Source: an uncultured Candidatus Saccharibacteria bacterium (lineage in GTDB: Bacteria; Patescibacteriota; Minisyncoccia; Phycocordibacterales; JACOZG01). From it: a stretch of 63,433 bases of DNA. The notes below the pieces were generated by a model, which did not search any database, had not been told where the DNA came from, and saw nothing but the letters and a program-made list of their open reading frames with translations. The stretch is from the NCBI GenBank assembly GCA_964360815.1, contig CAYHYA010000003.1:1-63433 (forward strand), given 5' to 3'. The position numbers and the translations under genes were made by a program. Numbering within the stretch: the first letter of the stretch is position 1; each line of letters begins with the position of its first letter. Of this stretch, positions 47,001 through 56,240 are shown piece by piece.

Positions 47001-48299
47001 ATGATGAAGCGTTTCTGGTTTGCCTTTTATCTGGCGAACTGGTTCGTCGTTTTCTATTTCTGGGCGGCTAATTTTAACCAAACACTTTTGATCGAGTTCG
47101 GCCAACTGGCTGGATTGGTCGCCGCCAATCTCGTCGTTACGCAGTTCTTCTTAATGAGTCGTTTACCGTGGCTCGAGCATTACTTTGGTCTTGATCGCCT
47201 GTCGCGCTTCCATCAAATTAATGGGAAGATCGTGATCGTCTTCATCTTGCTCCATCCGGCGCTGTTACTCTATGGTTACGCCCGGCAAAGCGGTATCAGT
47301 TTCGGTCAATCGTTGCTCGGTTTTCTGACTGGTTACGAACACGGTTGGCTCACTCTGACCGGCCTAATTCTTTTTGTGATTGTGGTTGTCACTTCGCTCG
47401 CCATCATCCGTCTTCGTCTGCGCTACGAAACTTGGTATTTTACTCACCTCGCGGTTTATTTGGCCGTCTTCTTTTCTTTTTGGCACCAAATTGAGCTCGG
47501 AACGACAGTTACAAGCAACCGCTGGTTCTATGTCTATTGGTTGGCACTGTATCTTTTCGTCGGACTGATTTATTTAACCTTTCGTTTTCTTCGTCCACTT
47601 TATCTTCTTCACCGGCACCGGTTTATCGTGGCGCGAGTGACGGCAGAAAGTCCCGGTACGTCCTCGGTCAGTATTTTCGGCCGTAAGCTCGAGCATTTTC
47701 CGATTCGGGCGGGACAATTTATGATCGTGCGCTTTCTCACACGAAAACTCTGGTGGCAAGCCCACCCTTTTTCGTTGTCCCAGTTGCCTGACGGCCGCGA
47801 GTTGCGCTTAACGATTAAGGCGGTCGGTGATTACACCAAGCAAATTAAAAACCTTCAGCCCGGAACGAGAGTGCTGATTGACGGGCCATACGGAGTGTTC
47901 ACTAGTTTGTTCAACTTGTCGCCAAAAGTCCTGATGATCGCCGGCGGGATCGGGATCACGCCGCTTCGCTCGTTAATGGAGGAAATGTTGCAAACTGGCA
48001 AAGATGTCGTTCTGCTTTATGGTAATCGTCATCAGCCAGAAATTGTTTTCAAACGTGAGTTGGATGAACTCGTAAACCAACACCACACGCGCGTGGTTCA
48101 TGTTATCAGTGATGAGCCGAATTATTCGGGCGAGCGGGGGAGAATTGATGAAGAAAAATTGCGCCGCCTCGTGCCTGATTTGGCCGAGCGCGAGGTTTAT
48201 CTCTGCGGCCCAGAGCCGATGATGCAGGCCCTAATTTCGACCCTGCGCCAACTTGGTCTACCGCGCCAGCGTCTGCACTACGAAAAGTTTTCGTTTTAG
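47001..48299 (+). CDS. ferric reductase/NOX-like transmembrane flavocytochrome (FRD TM domain + FAD + NAD(P)H binding)
   Basis: Six TM helices with paired His residues (HQINGKIVIVFILLHP; FTHLAVYLAVFFSFWH). An FAD-binding HPFS motif and an NAD(P)H-binding segment (MIAGGIGITP) are also present. Confidence 0.75.
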   Translation: MMKRFWFAFYLANWFVVFYFWAANFNQTLLIEFGQLAGLVAANLVVTQFFLMSRLPWLEHYFGLDRLSRFHQINGKIVIVFILLHPALLLYGYARQSGISFGQSLLGFLTGYEHGWLTLTGLILFVIVVVTSLAIIRLRLRYETWYFTHLAVYLAVFFSFWHQIELGTTVTSNRWFYVYWLALYLFVGLIYLTFRFLRPLYLLHRHRFIVARVTAESPGTSSVSIFGRKLEHFPIRAGQFMIVRFLTRKLWWQAHPFSLSQLPDGRELRLTIKAVGDYTKQIKNLQPGTRVLIDGPYGVFTSLFNLSPKVLMIAGGIGITPLRSLMEEMLQTGKDVVLLYGNRHQPEIVFKRELDELVNQHHTRVVHVISDEPNYSGERGRIDEEKLRRLVPDLAEREVYLCGPEPMMQALISTLRQLGLPRQRLHYEKFSF

Positions 48300-48300
48300 T

Positions 48301-48338
48301 TATAAATAAAAGGAGCCACCCAACTGATGAGGGGTGGC
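48301..48338. terminator. bidirectional terminator hairpin between convergent genes
   Basis: Hairpin gccaccc-aactgatga-gggtggc, with AT-rich tataaataaaagga on one side. Confidence 0.45.
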
Positions 48339-48354
48339 GTGTCGAGGATTTGGT

Positions 48355-48699
48355 TTACTTGGCTTTTCCTAAACAAATGAATTCATGGACACGGTTAATG
48401 TCTTCGAGACTAAAGCCATATTCTCGCTTGACCACTTTCATGGTTTTTGTTCCAAAGTTTCCAATCTCTTTCTCGCCCAAATTTTTTAGTTCCGGCCATC
48501 TGGCCTGGAGATTTCTTACTGCCTCGAACACATCTTGGTCATACGTTAAAGTTAAACAAGCATCGGTTTCTCTCCCTAATCTTATCACCGGCTGTTTTAG
48601 ATCTCCTGTCCCGGATAAGAACGACCTCAGAAATAGAACATCGAGACTCCATGAACCGAGACACAACGTCTTGCTCTCTCGCTTGTTTCTTGGTGCCAT
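48355..48699 (-). CDS. hypothetical protein
   Basis: 114 aa with a strong SD (AGGAGG, 7 nt upstream). No recognisable domain. Confidence 0.55.
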   Translation of the reverse strand: MAPRNKRESKTLCLGSWSLDVLFLRSFLSGTGDLKQPVIRLGRETDACLTLTYDQDVFEAVRNLQARWPELKNLGEKEIGNFGTKTMKVVKREYGFSLEDINRVHEFICLGKAK

Positions 48700-48752
48700 C
48701 AGCGCACCTCCTTTCTGCTGGCTAGCATAACAGAAACGGTTCTTTTGTCAAA

Positions 48753-49430
48753 TTAACGATTTTTGGTCACCGACACGATTTGGCCGTCGTCCATTTGGAC
48801 AATTTTTTCGGCCAAACGAGCATATTCGTCTTCGTGCGTCACCATGATGATCGTTTGACCAGCGGCGTGCAGTTCTTGGAAAATTTTCATAATCGTCCGC
48901 GATGATTCGTTGTCGAGGTTGGCGGTTGGTTCATCCGCGAACAAAATTTTCGGTTGATGCGCCACGGCCCGGGCGATGGAGACGCGCTGTTGTTCCCCGC
49001 CGGAAAGTTGGCTCGGTAAGTGATCCAACTGTTGATCTAATCGCACGCTTCGCAGGGCCGCTTCGGCTTTAGCGTAAGCCGCGCGGCGATCGAGGTTTTG
49101 CATCAGGAGTGGCAGGGCGACGTTTTCCAGTGCCAACATTTCCGGCAGGAGAGCGTAGTCTTGAAAGACGAAACCAAACTGGTTGAGCCGGAAACTGGTT
49201 TTTTCTTTAGCGGTGAGCCGGTGCGTTGGTTGATGATCAATGATAATTTCTCCGGAAGTCGGTTCGTCAAGCAAGCCTAGTTGATAAAGAAAAGTGCTTT
49301 TGCCAGCGCCCGACCGACCCATAATGGCGATGAATTCGCCGTCCGTGGCGTGGAAATTTATATTTTTAAGCACAGGCGTTTCCAGTTGGCCGCTGCGGAA
49401 AGTTCGTTTGAGGTTTTTGGTTTCAATCAT
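48753..49430 (-). CDS. ABC transporter ATP-binding protein (MacB/LolD/FtsE-like)
   Basis: Walker A GRSGAGKST, signature LSGGEQQRVSIARA, Walker B ILFADEPT. Confidence 0.85.
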   Translation of the reverse strand: MIETKNLKRTFRSGQLETPVLKNINFHATDGEFIAIMGRSGAGKSTFLYQLGLLDEPTSGEIIIDHQPTHRLTAKEKTSFRLNQFGFVFQDYALLPEMLALENVALPLLMQNLDRRAAYAKAEAALRSVRLDQQLDHLPSQLSGGEQQRVSIARAVAHQPKILFADEPTANLDNESSRTIMKIFQELHAAGQTIIMVTHEDEYARLAEKIVQMDDGQIVSVTKNR

Positions 49431-49432
49431 GA

Positions 49433-50692
49433 TTAAATGCGCCCGAGAATCGAATCCAAAGTGTTTTTGCGAATAATCATCCGAGCCGGAATATAGCCAG
49501 CGATCAAGGTTGAGATAACGAGTAAACCAACGCGGAAAAGCGTGCTGGCAAGCGGCGCCACCAGAATTCCGTCAGAGAAAGGGAAATCAATCGGATGCTG
49601 ATCAATGAACGGCACGAGGAAACCGTAAAGAAACGACAGCCCGATTACCGAACCAGCTAGAGCGTAAAAAACCGATTGGAGAATATAAGAAATTTCAATC
49701 GCCTGACTATTGATGCCAATACCCTTCAAAATTCCAATAAATTTACGACGCGTAATCGCGTTAATAAAGATGACGATGAAGATCGTAATGAAAGAAACAA
49801 CTAAACCGATGGAACTGAAGACGCTACCGAGCAGGGCGAAAGTTTTGATAATATCTTTTAAGAATTGCGGCTGGGCGTCGGCGTAAGTTTGGACTTTGGC
49901 CCACTGATCAACGCCTCGCTGTTTTAAATTCTCTCGAACAGCGAGTGGCGCGGCGCCATCTTGGAGTTTGATGGCGATTTGATCCACGTTGCCATCGGAA
50001 CGGCCGATGAGATTGCGAAACTGCGAATCAACCATATAAACATTTCGGGTGATCTCGTCCACCTTACTTTTCAAAATTCCCTTAACCACGACCTCGCGGG
50101 TTACTTCGCCGACCGAGAAGCGGATTTTCGTGCCAACGGAAACATTTTCCAGCGCCGCAAAGCCCGGCGAATCAATCGGCACGTATTGTTTAAGCAGATA
50201 CTGACCAATAATCACCTGGTCGTTGTCGCCCGGCGCGAGGTATGACCCGGCCGTAATTGAGCTAGACAAACCGGTGACCGCGTCTTCTGCGGCTGGATCA
50301 ATCCCGACCATTTGGGCACTGGCAGTGTTTGGCTTGTCGCTATCCTTGCGGGTCTGATAATTGGCCTCAAGAACCACCCCCTCTTGGTAACGCGGACTGA
50401 TTTTCAAAATGGTCGGCAGGGTTTTAAGCAAACCGATAAGATTTGGACTGTTTTCGATATATTTTTTATCGTTCAGAGTTGAGATGATCACGTCGCTCGT
50501 GTATTCGGTGCGCGCGGCCTCAACCGATCCTTGAATCAAGCCAACCAAAATACCCGAAACCACCACGAGGTTGAGGAAAGTTAAAATCATCACGAAGATG
50601 ATCAGTCCGGTCGTCCACCAACTGGCGCGCTTGATCTGACGAATCGCCAAGTAGAACCCCAGACGCAGGTTGAGGACGAAAGAGCCGAACAT
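49433..50692 (-). CDS. ABC transporter permease, FtsX/MacB-type
   Basis: N-terminal TM helix, a large extracytoplasmic domain, then three C-terminal TM helices (FtsX fold). It sits directly upstream of the ATPase gene. Confidence 0.8.
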   Translation of the reverse strand: MFGSFVLNLRLGFYLAIRQIKRASWWTTGLIIFVMILTFLNLVVVSGILVGLIQGSVEAARTEYTSDVIISTLNDKKYIENSPNLIGLLKTLPTILKISPRYQEGVVLEANYQTRKDSDKPNTASAQMVGIDPAAEDAVTGLSSSITAGSYLAPGDNDQVIIGQYLLKQYVPIDSPGFAALENVSVGTKIRFSVGEVTREVVVKGILKSKVDEITRNVYMVDSQFRNLIGRSDGNVDQIAIKLQDGAAPLAVRENLKQRGVDQWAKVQTYADAQPQFLKDIIKTFALLGSVFSSIGLVVSFITIFIVIFINAITRRKFIGILKGIGINSQAIEISYILQSVFYALAGSVIGLSFLYGFLVPFIDQHPIDFPFSDGILVAPLASTLFRVGLLVISTLIAGYIPARMIIRKNTLDSILGRI

Positions 50693-50699
50693 CGCGAGA

Positions 50700-52151
50700 T
50701 TATTCGTTTGGCGGGACAGTTAAGACCACGCGTTCGCCGGCCGACAAACCAGACAAGATTTCAACTTGACCAAGCGCGGAAACATTTCCCAGCGTGACGA
50801 AACGTTCGACCAACCGATCGTTTTCTTTAACGATCAGGAATTTTTGTCCCTGACGATCCGAGACGAGACCCCGCGGCACACTGATGACCCCGGTTCGTTC
50901 CTCGGTGGTGATCACGGCGTTGGCCGTCATCCCGGGTTTAATGCGTTCGTCTTCTTCCGCCGAGATAAACGCCAGTTTTATTCGATAAGTGGAAACGCCG
51001 TCGCGAACCGTCTCGGCTGGGTCAATGAAGATCACCCTGGCCGCAAAGCTGATCGTTTCGCCGTAAGCGTCGAGGGTGACAGCAACCGGATCACCAACGG
51101 TGATCAAGGGGAGATTGATTTCCGGCACATAAGATTCAATTTGTAGAAACTCATCACCGATTAACGACACCGCCAACTCGTTGGCCGAAAGAACCGCCCC
51201 CACTTCGGCTGGCACATTGGTGACAATCCCCGCGAACGGCGCGTGCAGGGTTCGTTCGACGAGTGCCGTTTCGATCCGCTCAACCTCGGCCTCGGCCTGC
51301 CGAATCTCGGCCTCGGCCACGGTGGCTTCTTCGGTGTTATTGACCAACTCTTCGCCCGCCCGATTGATTTCGCGGTCGCGCGTTCGGAGTGCTTCTTCGT
51401 AGCCATTGTATTGTTCCAGATACGAGGCGCTTTTGGTGTTGGGAATAGTGACATACCAGATCGTGTCAGAGTAAACATCAAGTGCTTCGGGGAAAGAAAT
51501 AAATAAACCGTTCTGACCGAGGGGTGTTGCTTCGTCCTCCAGGATTTCCACCGGCGCGGTCTTTTCCAGTTCAAAAGTTCGCAATTCGTGGCGACCCTGA
51601 TCGGTTGACGACTCGCTTCTGATGATAATTTTGTAGCGACCAGCCGGACCGCGATACAAACCGGTAATTACCGGCGCGGTGGCAGTGTTGCCGGAAGAGC
51701 TAGGCACAGCGACCAAGTCGCTGGAAAACAATTTGCGTTCGGCATTCAAGACCAGTGTGTCTTGCTCTTTCCGAACCTGGTCCAAATTAACGGCAACGTT
51801 TTTATTCTCGGCGCGTTTCAAATCGAGCGTCGCTCGGGCCGCCGAAAGTTCAGATTGCAAGGTGTTGGCGTCGAGTTCAACCATGCTTTGCCCGGCCAGA
51901 ACGCGGTCGCCAACTCGAACCGCCACCCGGGCCACGCGACCAGTTTCCGTGAAGGCCAGATCAACATTTTTTGCCGCCACAACCTTACCGGAAACCGAGA
52001 CCCGTTGCACAAAGTCGCCCGGCTGAACCACCAGAAGATTACCCGCGTCACCGTTTTTTCGGTTAAAAACCAGAAAGCCGCCCGTGACCAGTGCGATAAC
52101 CACCAAAATCAGAAGAATTATCCTTTTACTCATGACTCGCGATTGTAACAA
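50700..52151 (-). CDS. HlyD/MacA-like periplasmic adaptor (membrane fusion protein family)
   Basis: N-terminal TM anchor, a biotinyl/lipoyl-like beta region, a coiled-coil hairpin and C-terminal beta domains. It heads an operon with the ABC permease and ATPase. Confidence 0.75.
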   Translation of the reverse strand: MLQSRVMSKRIILLILVVIALVTGGFLVFNRKNGDAGNLLVVQPGDFVQRVSVSGKVVAAKNVDLAFTETGRVARVAVRVGDRVLAGQSMVELDANTLQSELSAARATLDLKRAENKNVAVNLDQVRKEQDTLVLNAERKLFSSDLVAVPSSSGNTATAPVITGLYRGPAGRYKIIIRSESSTDQGRHELRTFELEKTAPVEILEDEATPLGQNGLFISFPEALDVYSDTIWYVTIPNTKSASYLEQYNGYEEALRTRDREINRAGEELVNNTEEATVAEAEIRQAEAEVERIETALVERTLHAPFAGIVTNVPAEVGAVLSANELAVSLIGDEFLQIESYVPEINLPLITVGDPVAVTLDAYGETISFAARVIFIDPAETVRDGVSTYRIKLAFISAEEDERIKPGMTANAVITTEERTGVISVPRGLVSDRQGQKFLIVKENDRLVERFVTLGNVSALGQVEILSGLSAGERVVLTVPPNE

Positions 52152-52193
52152 GATTTTGTTAGTTTGGCCAGCGATTGTTGAACCCGGCCGGAT

Positions 52194-53102
52194 ATGCTAC
52201 AAAGAAGGGGCGTTATGAATAAACATTATTGGTTTCTGGTGCTTGGCGGCCTCGTTTTTCTGGTCGTGTTGGCTTTCGGTTTTTACCTATATAGAGCGCA
52301 GGGGAGAGAGCTCGCGGCGGTGCGACAAGAACTGGCCTCAACCACGGCGGCATCTACGCAAAAAATATTAGAACTTGAAACCGCGCTGAACCAAACCGAC
52401 CAAGAAAGAAATCAGTTGGCCGAGAACCTGGAAAGCGAACAAGCGCGTCGGCAAGAAGTTGAAGAAGAAGTGGAGAATCTGGATGATCAAGTGGACATGT
52501 TTGAAAAATTAAGCAAGACCGATCCGGAATTATTGCAAAAATATTCAAAGATTTTTTTTCTCAACGAGCACTACGTCCCGGCCCGACTGGTGGACCTTCC
52601 GGTTGAATATTTAAATTCGGCCGACAAACCGCAACAATTCCATTCTCGGATTTGGCGCCATCTCCGCCGACTATTAGAAGCGGCGACCGACGATGAAGTG
52701 ATTTTGAAAATAGTTTCCGGCTATCGTTCTTTTGGCACGCAAGCCACGCTTAAATCAAATTATCGAGTCACTTACGGTGCCGGCACAGCCAATCAGTTTT
52801 CTGCCGATCAGGGTTACTCGGAGCATCAACTGGGCACGACGGTTGATTTTACCAGCCCGGGCGTCAATGCCAGTTTGGTTGGCTTTGAAAAATCTCCCGG
52901 CTACGCTTGGCTGGAAGAGAATGCTTATCGTTACGGCTTCGTGCTGTCTTATCCAAACAACAACGCCTATTACCAATTCGAACCGTGGCACTGGCGGTTT
53001 GTTGGTGTGGACTTGGCCCGCGACCTCCACCGCGAGGGGAAGCATTTCTACGATCTTGACCAGCGCGAGATTGATAAATACTTGATTAGTTTTTTTGACT
53101 AA
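52194..53102 (+). CDS. peptidase M15B (VanY-like D-Ala-D-Ala carboxypeptidase) with N-terminal TM and coiled coil
   Basis: VanY/M15 motifs: SGYRSFGTQ, SEHQLGTTVDF, YGFVLSYP ... EPWHWR. Confidence 0.75.
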   Translation: MLQRRGVMNKHYWFLVLGGLVFLVVLAFGFYLYRAQGRELAAVRQELASTTAASTQKILELETALNQTDQERNQLAENLESEQARRQEVEEEVENLDDQVDMFEKLSKTDPELLQKYSKIFFLNEHYVPARLVDLPVEYLNSADKPQQFHSRIWRHLRRLLEAATDDEVILKIVSGYRSFGTQATLKSNYRVTYGAGTANQFSADQGYSEHQLGTTVDFTSPGVNASLVGFEKSPGYAWLEENAYRYGFVLSYPNNNAYYQFEPWHWRFVGVDLARDLHREGKHFYDLDQREIDKYLISFFD

Positions 53103-53108
53103 ATTTTC

Positions 53109-53137
53109 TTGACCACTTTTCGTGTTGGGAGTATACT
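53109..53137 (+). promoter_or_regulatory. putative sigma70-type promoter
   Basis: TTGACC (53109-53114), a 17-nt spacer, then TATACT (53132-53137). It lies about 75 nt upstream of the small ORF at 53215. Confidence 0.5.
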
Positions 53138-53214
53138 GAAAGTTGGTGAGTCGGTTGTGTCTAGATGGATTTAGATGCCCGAACTCGCAGAGGATCTTTT
53201 AGACCGGAGGATGT

Positions 53215-53433
53215 ATGGGTTCCAAAATGACCAGGAGAGAACTTTGGACTAACGCGACGAAAATATTGAGACAAGAAGGATTCAACGAAAAAGGGGTCTC
53301 GTTGAGTCGTCGCAATCGTGTCAAACAGGTTCGCTTTGAATCAAGGGAGATGCCACCAATAAGCCGTGTTCGATCGGCCGGACCAGATCTTGTACGGGAT
53401 GTTTCAATACCCGACACCGCCATTTGTTTTTAG
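53215..53433 (+). CDS. small basic hypothetical protein (72 aa)
   Basis: The ORF sits between a good promoter and a strong terminator. The GGAGGA is only 3 nt from the ATG, which is suboptimal. The region could alternatively be a noncoding RNA. Confidence 0.35.
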   Translation: MGSKMTRRELWTNATKILRQEGFNEKGVSLSRRNRVKQVRFESREMPPISRVRSAGPDLVRDVSIPDTAICF

Positions 53434-53464
53434 GTTGTAATTTCCCCATAACATTATAAGAACA

Positions 53465-53499
53465 CCGGCAAGCGCATGCGCTTGCCGGTTGTTTTGTTG
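53465..53499. terminator. bidirectional intrinsic terminator
   Basis: A 24-nt perfect palindrome ccggcaagcgcatgcgcttgccgg, followed by ttgttttgttg on the plus strand and T-rich sequence on the minus strand. It lies between the convergent genes 53215..53433 and the GNAT gene. Confidence 0.7.
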
Positions 53500-53525
53500 G
53501 TAGATAAATTTACCTAACTAACCAA

Positions 53526-53978
53526 CTAATTTCTAGTGCGACGGATGTAGTCGCTTGTGGGGTTAGGGTCTGGACATCTAACGAACCCATTCTTCTCCCA
53601 AAACTTCTTCGCTTCGTCACTACTGACTTGGGTCGCCCGGACCTCGTTGAAGTCGTTGTCGGTCGCCCAGTCCAGCAACAGTCTGATCGCTTGACTACCA
53701 AAACCATGACGACAACTGGTTTGGGGTAGGGTCGTCATGTTGGTGATGGTGACATCAGAAGTAGTCTGATATTCTGCAAGCGAGAGAAAAACTGTTACTT
53801 TTGCCAGCGGTGGCACATCCTCAAACCGGAACCCGACGACATACTGGAACGATCCAATATCCACTTCTTCTTGGTTGGTTTCTACAACAACTCCACTGTT
53901 ACGAGCGAGTTGGGCAACTACCAGATTCACCTTGTCCCGATCCCACCCTCGGTCTTTCGGTCTTATTTCTCTTGCCAT
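53526..53978 (-). CDS. GNAT-family N-acetyltransferase
   Basis: Acetyl-CoA binding motif (CRHGFGSQAIRLLLDWA) and a C-terminal KKFWEKNGF. Confidence 0.7.
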   Translation of the reverse strand: MAREIRPKDRGWDRDKVNLVVAQLARNSGVVVETNQEEVDIGSFQYVVGFRFEDVPPLAKVTVFLSLAEYQTTSDVTITNMTTLPQTSCRHGFGSQAIRLLLDWATDNDFNEVRATQVSSDEAKKFWEKNGFVRCPDPNPTSDYIRRTRN

Positions 53979-54080
53979 AACGCCCTCCTTATTACTTCTA
54001 GGTTTAAAGTTCTCATGTTGACAAGGTTAATCCTTGTCACGGCTCCCTAACTAATAACTACCATAGTCGAGCGATGTCCA

Positions 54081-54263
54081 TCAATATCTAATAGACTCTC
54101 GATTACTTCGTTCAATCAAATCCTTGGCGTTCCTGGCTTGGTCGATAGCCCCTCGTCCTTCCTGAATGATATTTTGGCCACCTTCTCGGCCTGTAAATAA
54201 ATCGGTGCGTAGAGTAAAAAAGGCAATTATCGTCACAACAATCAAGATTGCCAACAATTTCAT
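54081..54263 (-). CDS. possible small membrane protein (60 aa)
   Basis: N-terminal TM helix (LLAILIVVTIIAFF). It is upstream of, and co-oriented with, the GNAT gene. No SD is evident, so support is weak. Confidence 0.3.
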   Translation of the reverse strand: MKLLAILIVVTIIAFFTLRTDLFTGREGGQNIIQEGRGAIDQARNAKDLIERSNRESIRY

Positions 54264-54313
54264 GTCTACATATTATCAAATATATGCTTACGCTCAAACG
54301 AGTATTTAATTTT

Positions 54314-54348
54314 TAGAAAAAAGAAAGGGCGACCGCTACTGGTCGCCC
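54314..54348 (-). terminator. intrinsic terminator (minus strand)
   Basis: Hairpin gggcgacc-gctact-ggtcgccc (8 bp). On the minus strand it is followed by CTTTCTTTTTTCT. It ends the ~390-nt noncoding stretch downstream of the zinc-ribbon gene. Confidence 0.7.
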
Positions 54349-54581
54349 GATGAGATCATTCTTCGCAAAGATCCATGGTCTCAATTTGGAAATCGAGTTC
54401 ACCAAGGATCGGGAGGAAAAAAGGGTTTAAGTTTCCTAAAAATCTGCGCGGCCTTTCGGCTTAACTGTTCGCAATCTCTTGCCATCGAATGTCTCCTTTC
54501 TGTTTCTTACTCTATCAAAAAATTTTCCTGTGGGGAAGTACGACTTCCATCACCTAATGAGTTCGTATCTAGTTTTTGTTG

Positions 54582-54631
54582 CTCCCTGTCTTGGACAAGT
54601 TTAGAACCAGTGATTGGCGGAAGGATTGGGG
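54582..54631. repeat. 48-50-nt repeat element, copy A
   Basis: ctccctgtcttggacaagtttagaaccagtgattggcggaaggattgggga. It matches copy B at 56149-56198 with 4 mismatches over ~48 nt. Confidence 0.8.
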
Positions 54632-54733
54632 AGGTTGGGTTGTTTGGGGTAAAGAAAACCGCCCCGTAACACTCTTTGTGTTATTGGGGGGCGGTGAAGG
54701 AGAGAAAGTTTTCTCAACCCTCTCCCGGTAAGT

Positions 54734-54973
54734 TCAGGGTGCCTTCAACCTGGCACGGATTTGCCTTATGAGTGGCTTTGTGTCTATACCGGCCGCGGCC
54801 AATTCTTTGCGAACGTCCTCGATCGGCATACAGGCAATGAGATCTGGATCCTCCTCGAGCCAATCGATAACTTTCTTAATCTGCTTTCTGGCGGCAATAC
54901 CAGCAGAGCAATCACACAAAACGGAGCGTTGTTTAATGTATCCACCGCCACAACACTTCTCACAATCTGGCAT
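54734..54973 (-). CDS. small Cys-rich zinc-ribbon-like protein
   Basis: Likely start MPDCEKCCGGGY ... CDC, with an SD GAGGAG about 8 nt upstream. 79 aa. The ORF is open to 55012. Confidence 0.5.
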   Translation of the reverse strand: MPDCEKCCGGGYIKQRSVLCDCSAGIAARKQIKKVIDWLEEDPDLIACMPIEDVRKELAAAGIDTKPLIRQIRARLKAP

Positions 54974-55108
54974 TATTTTTCTCCTCTGTTTATTGGGTTC
55001 TTGTCGGACCAAAGACCACCTTCAGACCCCCGTTCAGAGTAGCACTTTGTAGTGATAACGTCAATAAAATGGGTATATTTATGTGCCGGATTTACGAGAG
55101 TGCGCCGC

Positions 55109-55699
55109 TTAAATCTTCGGCTTTTTGGCTTGTTGAAATTGAACTAGGTCGATTTGAGAAAATATCCTAGAAACGGAAGACTCCTTGATCATACCGAACG
55201 ATGGCTGGCGGCGCTTGTCGTCTCCGTTTTTAGTTCCAAAACCAATATATTCTACCGTCTTCTTCTTGGCCTTGCGAATATATTTAATCGCCGGAATGAG
55301 ATCGGTGTCTGAACTAACCACGATCGCCGTATCATAAATATTGTCCACGGCACCGACCACTAAATCAACCGACAATTTCACATCCACGCCTTTTTCTCTA
55401 ATTGCTCCGCCGTCATACATTATTCGGCCAAATTTAATCTCAAAACCATCGGCCACTAAACCATTAAGGAAAGTTTGTTGACTTTTAACCATTTGTTCTC
55501 CTTTTGCCGAGCCGTCAAAGTTTTTGACTACACCAACATAATATCTTTTTGAAACAAGTTCTCTTTCTCCGACTAAGTGTTTGACCAGAGCAGAAAAATC
55601 AAACCGCATAGACTTTTCTGGTATTCCTATCTCTTTGAGTCTTCGGTAAGTATTGCCGCCGTCAAAATAGATCGCCACTTTCTCCTTTTTGCTCATTTT
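55109..55699 (-). CDS. NYN-domain (LabA-like, PIN-related) putative ribonuclease
   Basis: Likely start MSKKEKVAIYFDGGNTY. NYN motifs are present: VAIYFDGGN, GVDVKLSVDLV, IVVSSDTDLIPAIKYIRKAKKKTVEYIGFG. The ORF is open to 55777. Confidence 0.7.
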   Translation of the reverse strand, partial: KMSKKEKVAIYFDGGNTYRRLKEIGIPEKSMRFDFSALVKHLVGERELVSKRYYVGVVKNFDGSAKGEQMVKSQQTFLNGLVADGFEIKFGRIMYDGGAIREKGVDVKLSVDLVVGAVDNIYDTAIVVSSDTDLIPAIKYIRKAKKKTVEYIGFGTKNGDDKRRQPSFGMIKESSVSRIFSQIDLVQFQQAKKPKI

Positions 55700-56148
55700 T
55701 CCAATTCTAGCATAAAAACAAACCAACCCTGCCGGTGAAGGCAGAGTTGGTGGTGTTAGTGCCACTAGTATATACAAGCAGATGAAAAAAGCAAGAAGAT
55801 GTGGATAAAGACCACCCCCCCACTCTGCTACTCACCATATTTAGGAACAAAAAACTCCCCCGTGAGGGAAGTTCTTTGTGGGAGTAGCAAACTACTAGAG
55901 GATAAAAAGGATTTCGTCGCCTGTTTGGTTCCTCGTTCGCTTCCCAGCCCTCAATTATGCTTCCGTGGTGCGCGGCTGAACTCTTGGTGTGTCCTTAAAC
56001 CAGTGGTCACTTTTCACCGCTACCCTTGTCCTTGCGGACAATCCACCGCACAAGGCGGATGACGGACTTAATTCACGACCCCCGTTTCTGACCGAAGCCA
56101 GAAAACACCAACTCTCACTACTCCGGTTAGAGTATAGCAGAAATCAAA

Positions 56149-56198
56149 ACTCCCTGTCTTGGACAAGTTCAGAACCAGTGATTGGCGCAAGGTTTGGG
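56149..56198. repeat. 48-50-nt repeat element, copy B
   Basis: ctccctgtcttggacaagttcagaaccagtgattggcgcaaggtttgggaa. It matches copy A. Confidence 0.8.
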
Positions 56199-56240
56199 AA
56201 GAAATGGCACTATTAAATATAGTAGGTTTGGAGAAAGTGT

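Noticed and set aside
55849-55871. Weak minus-strand terminator (ttccc-tcac-gggga plus TTTTTT) upstream of the NYN gene.
   Set aside because: The stem is only 5 bp including a G-U pair. I mention it in the findings as the possible 3' end of the copy-B transcript but do not list it as a feature.
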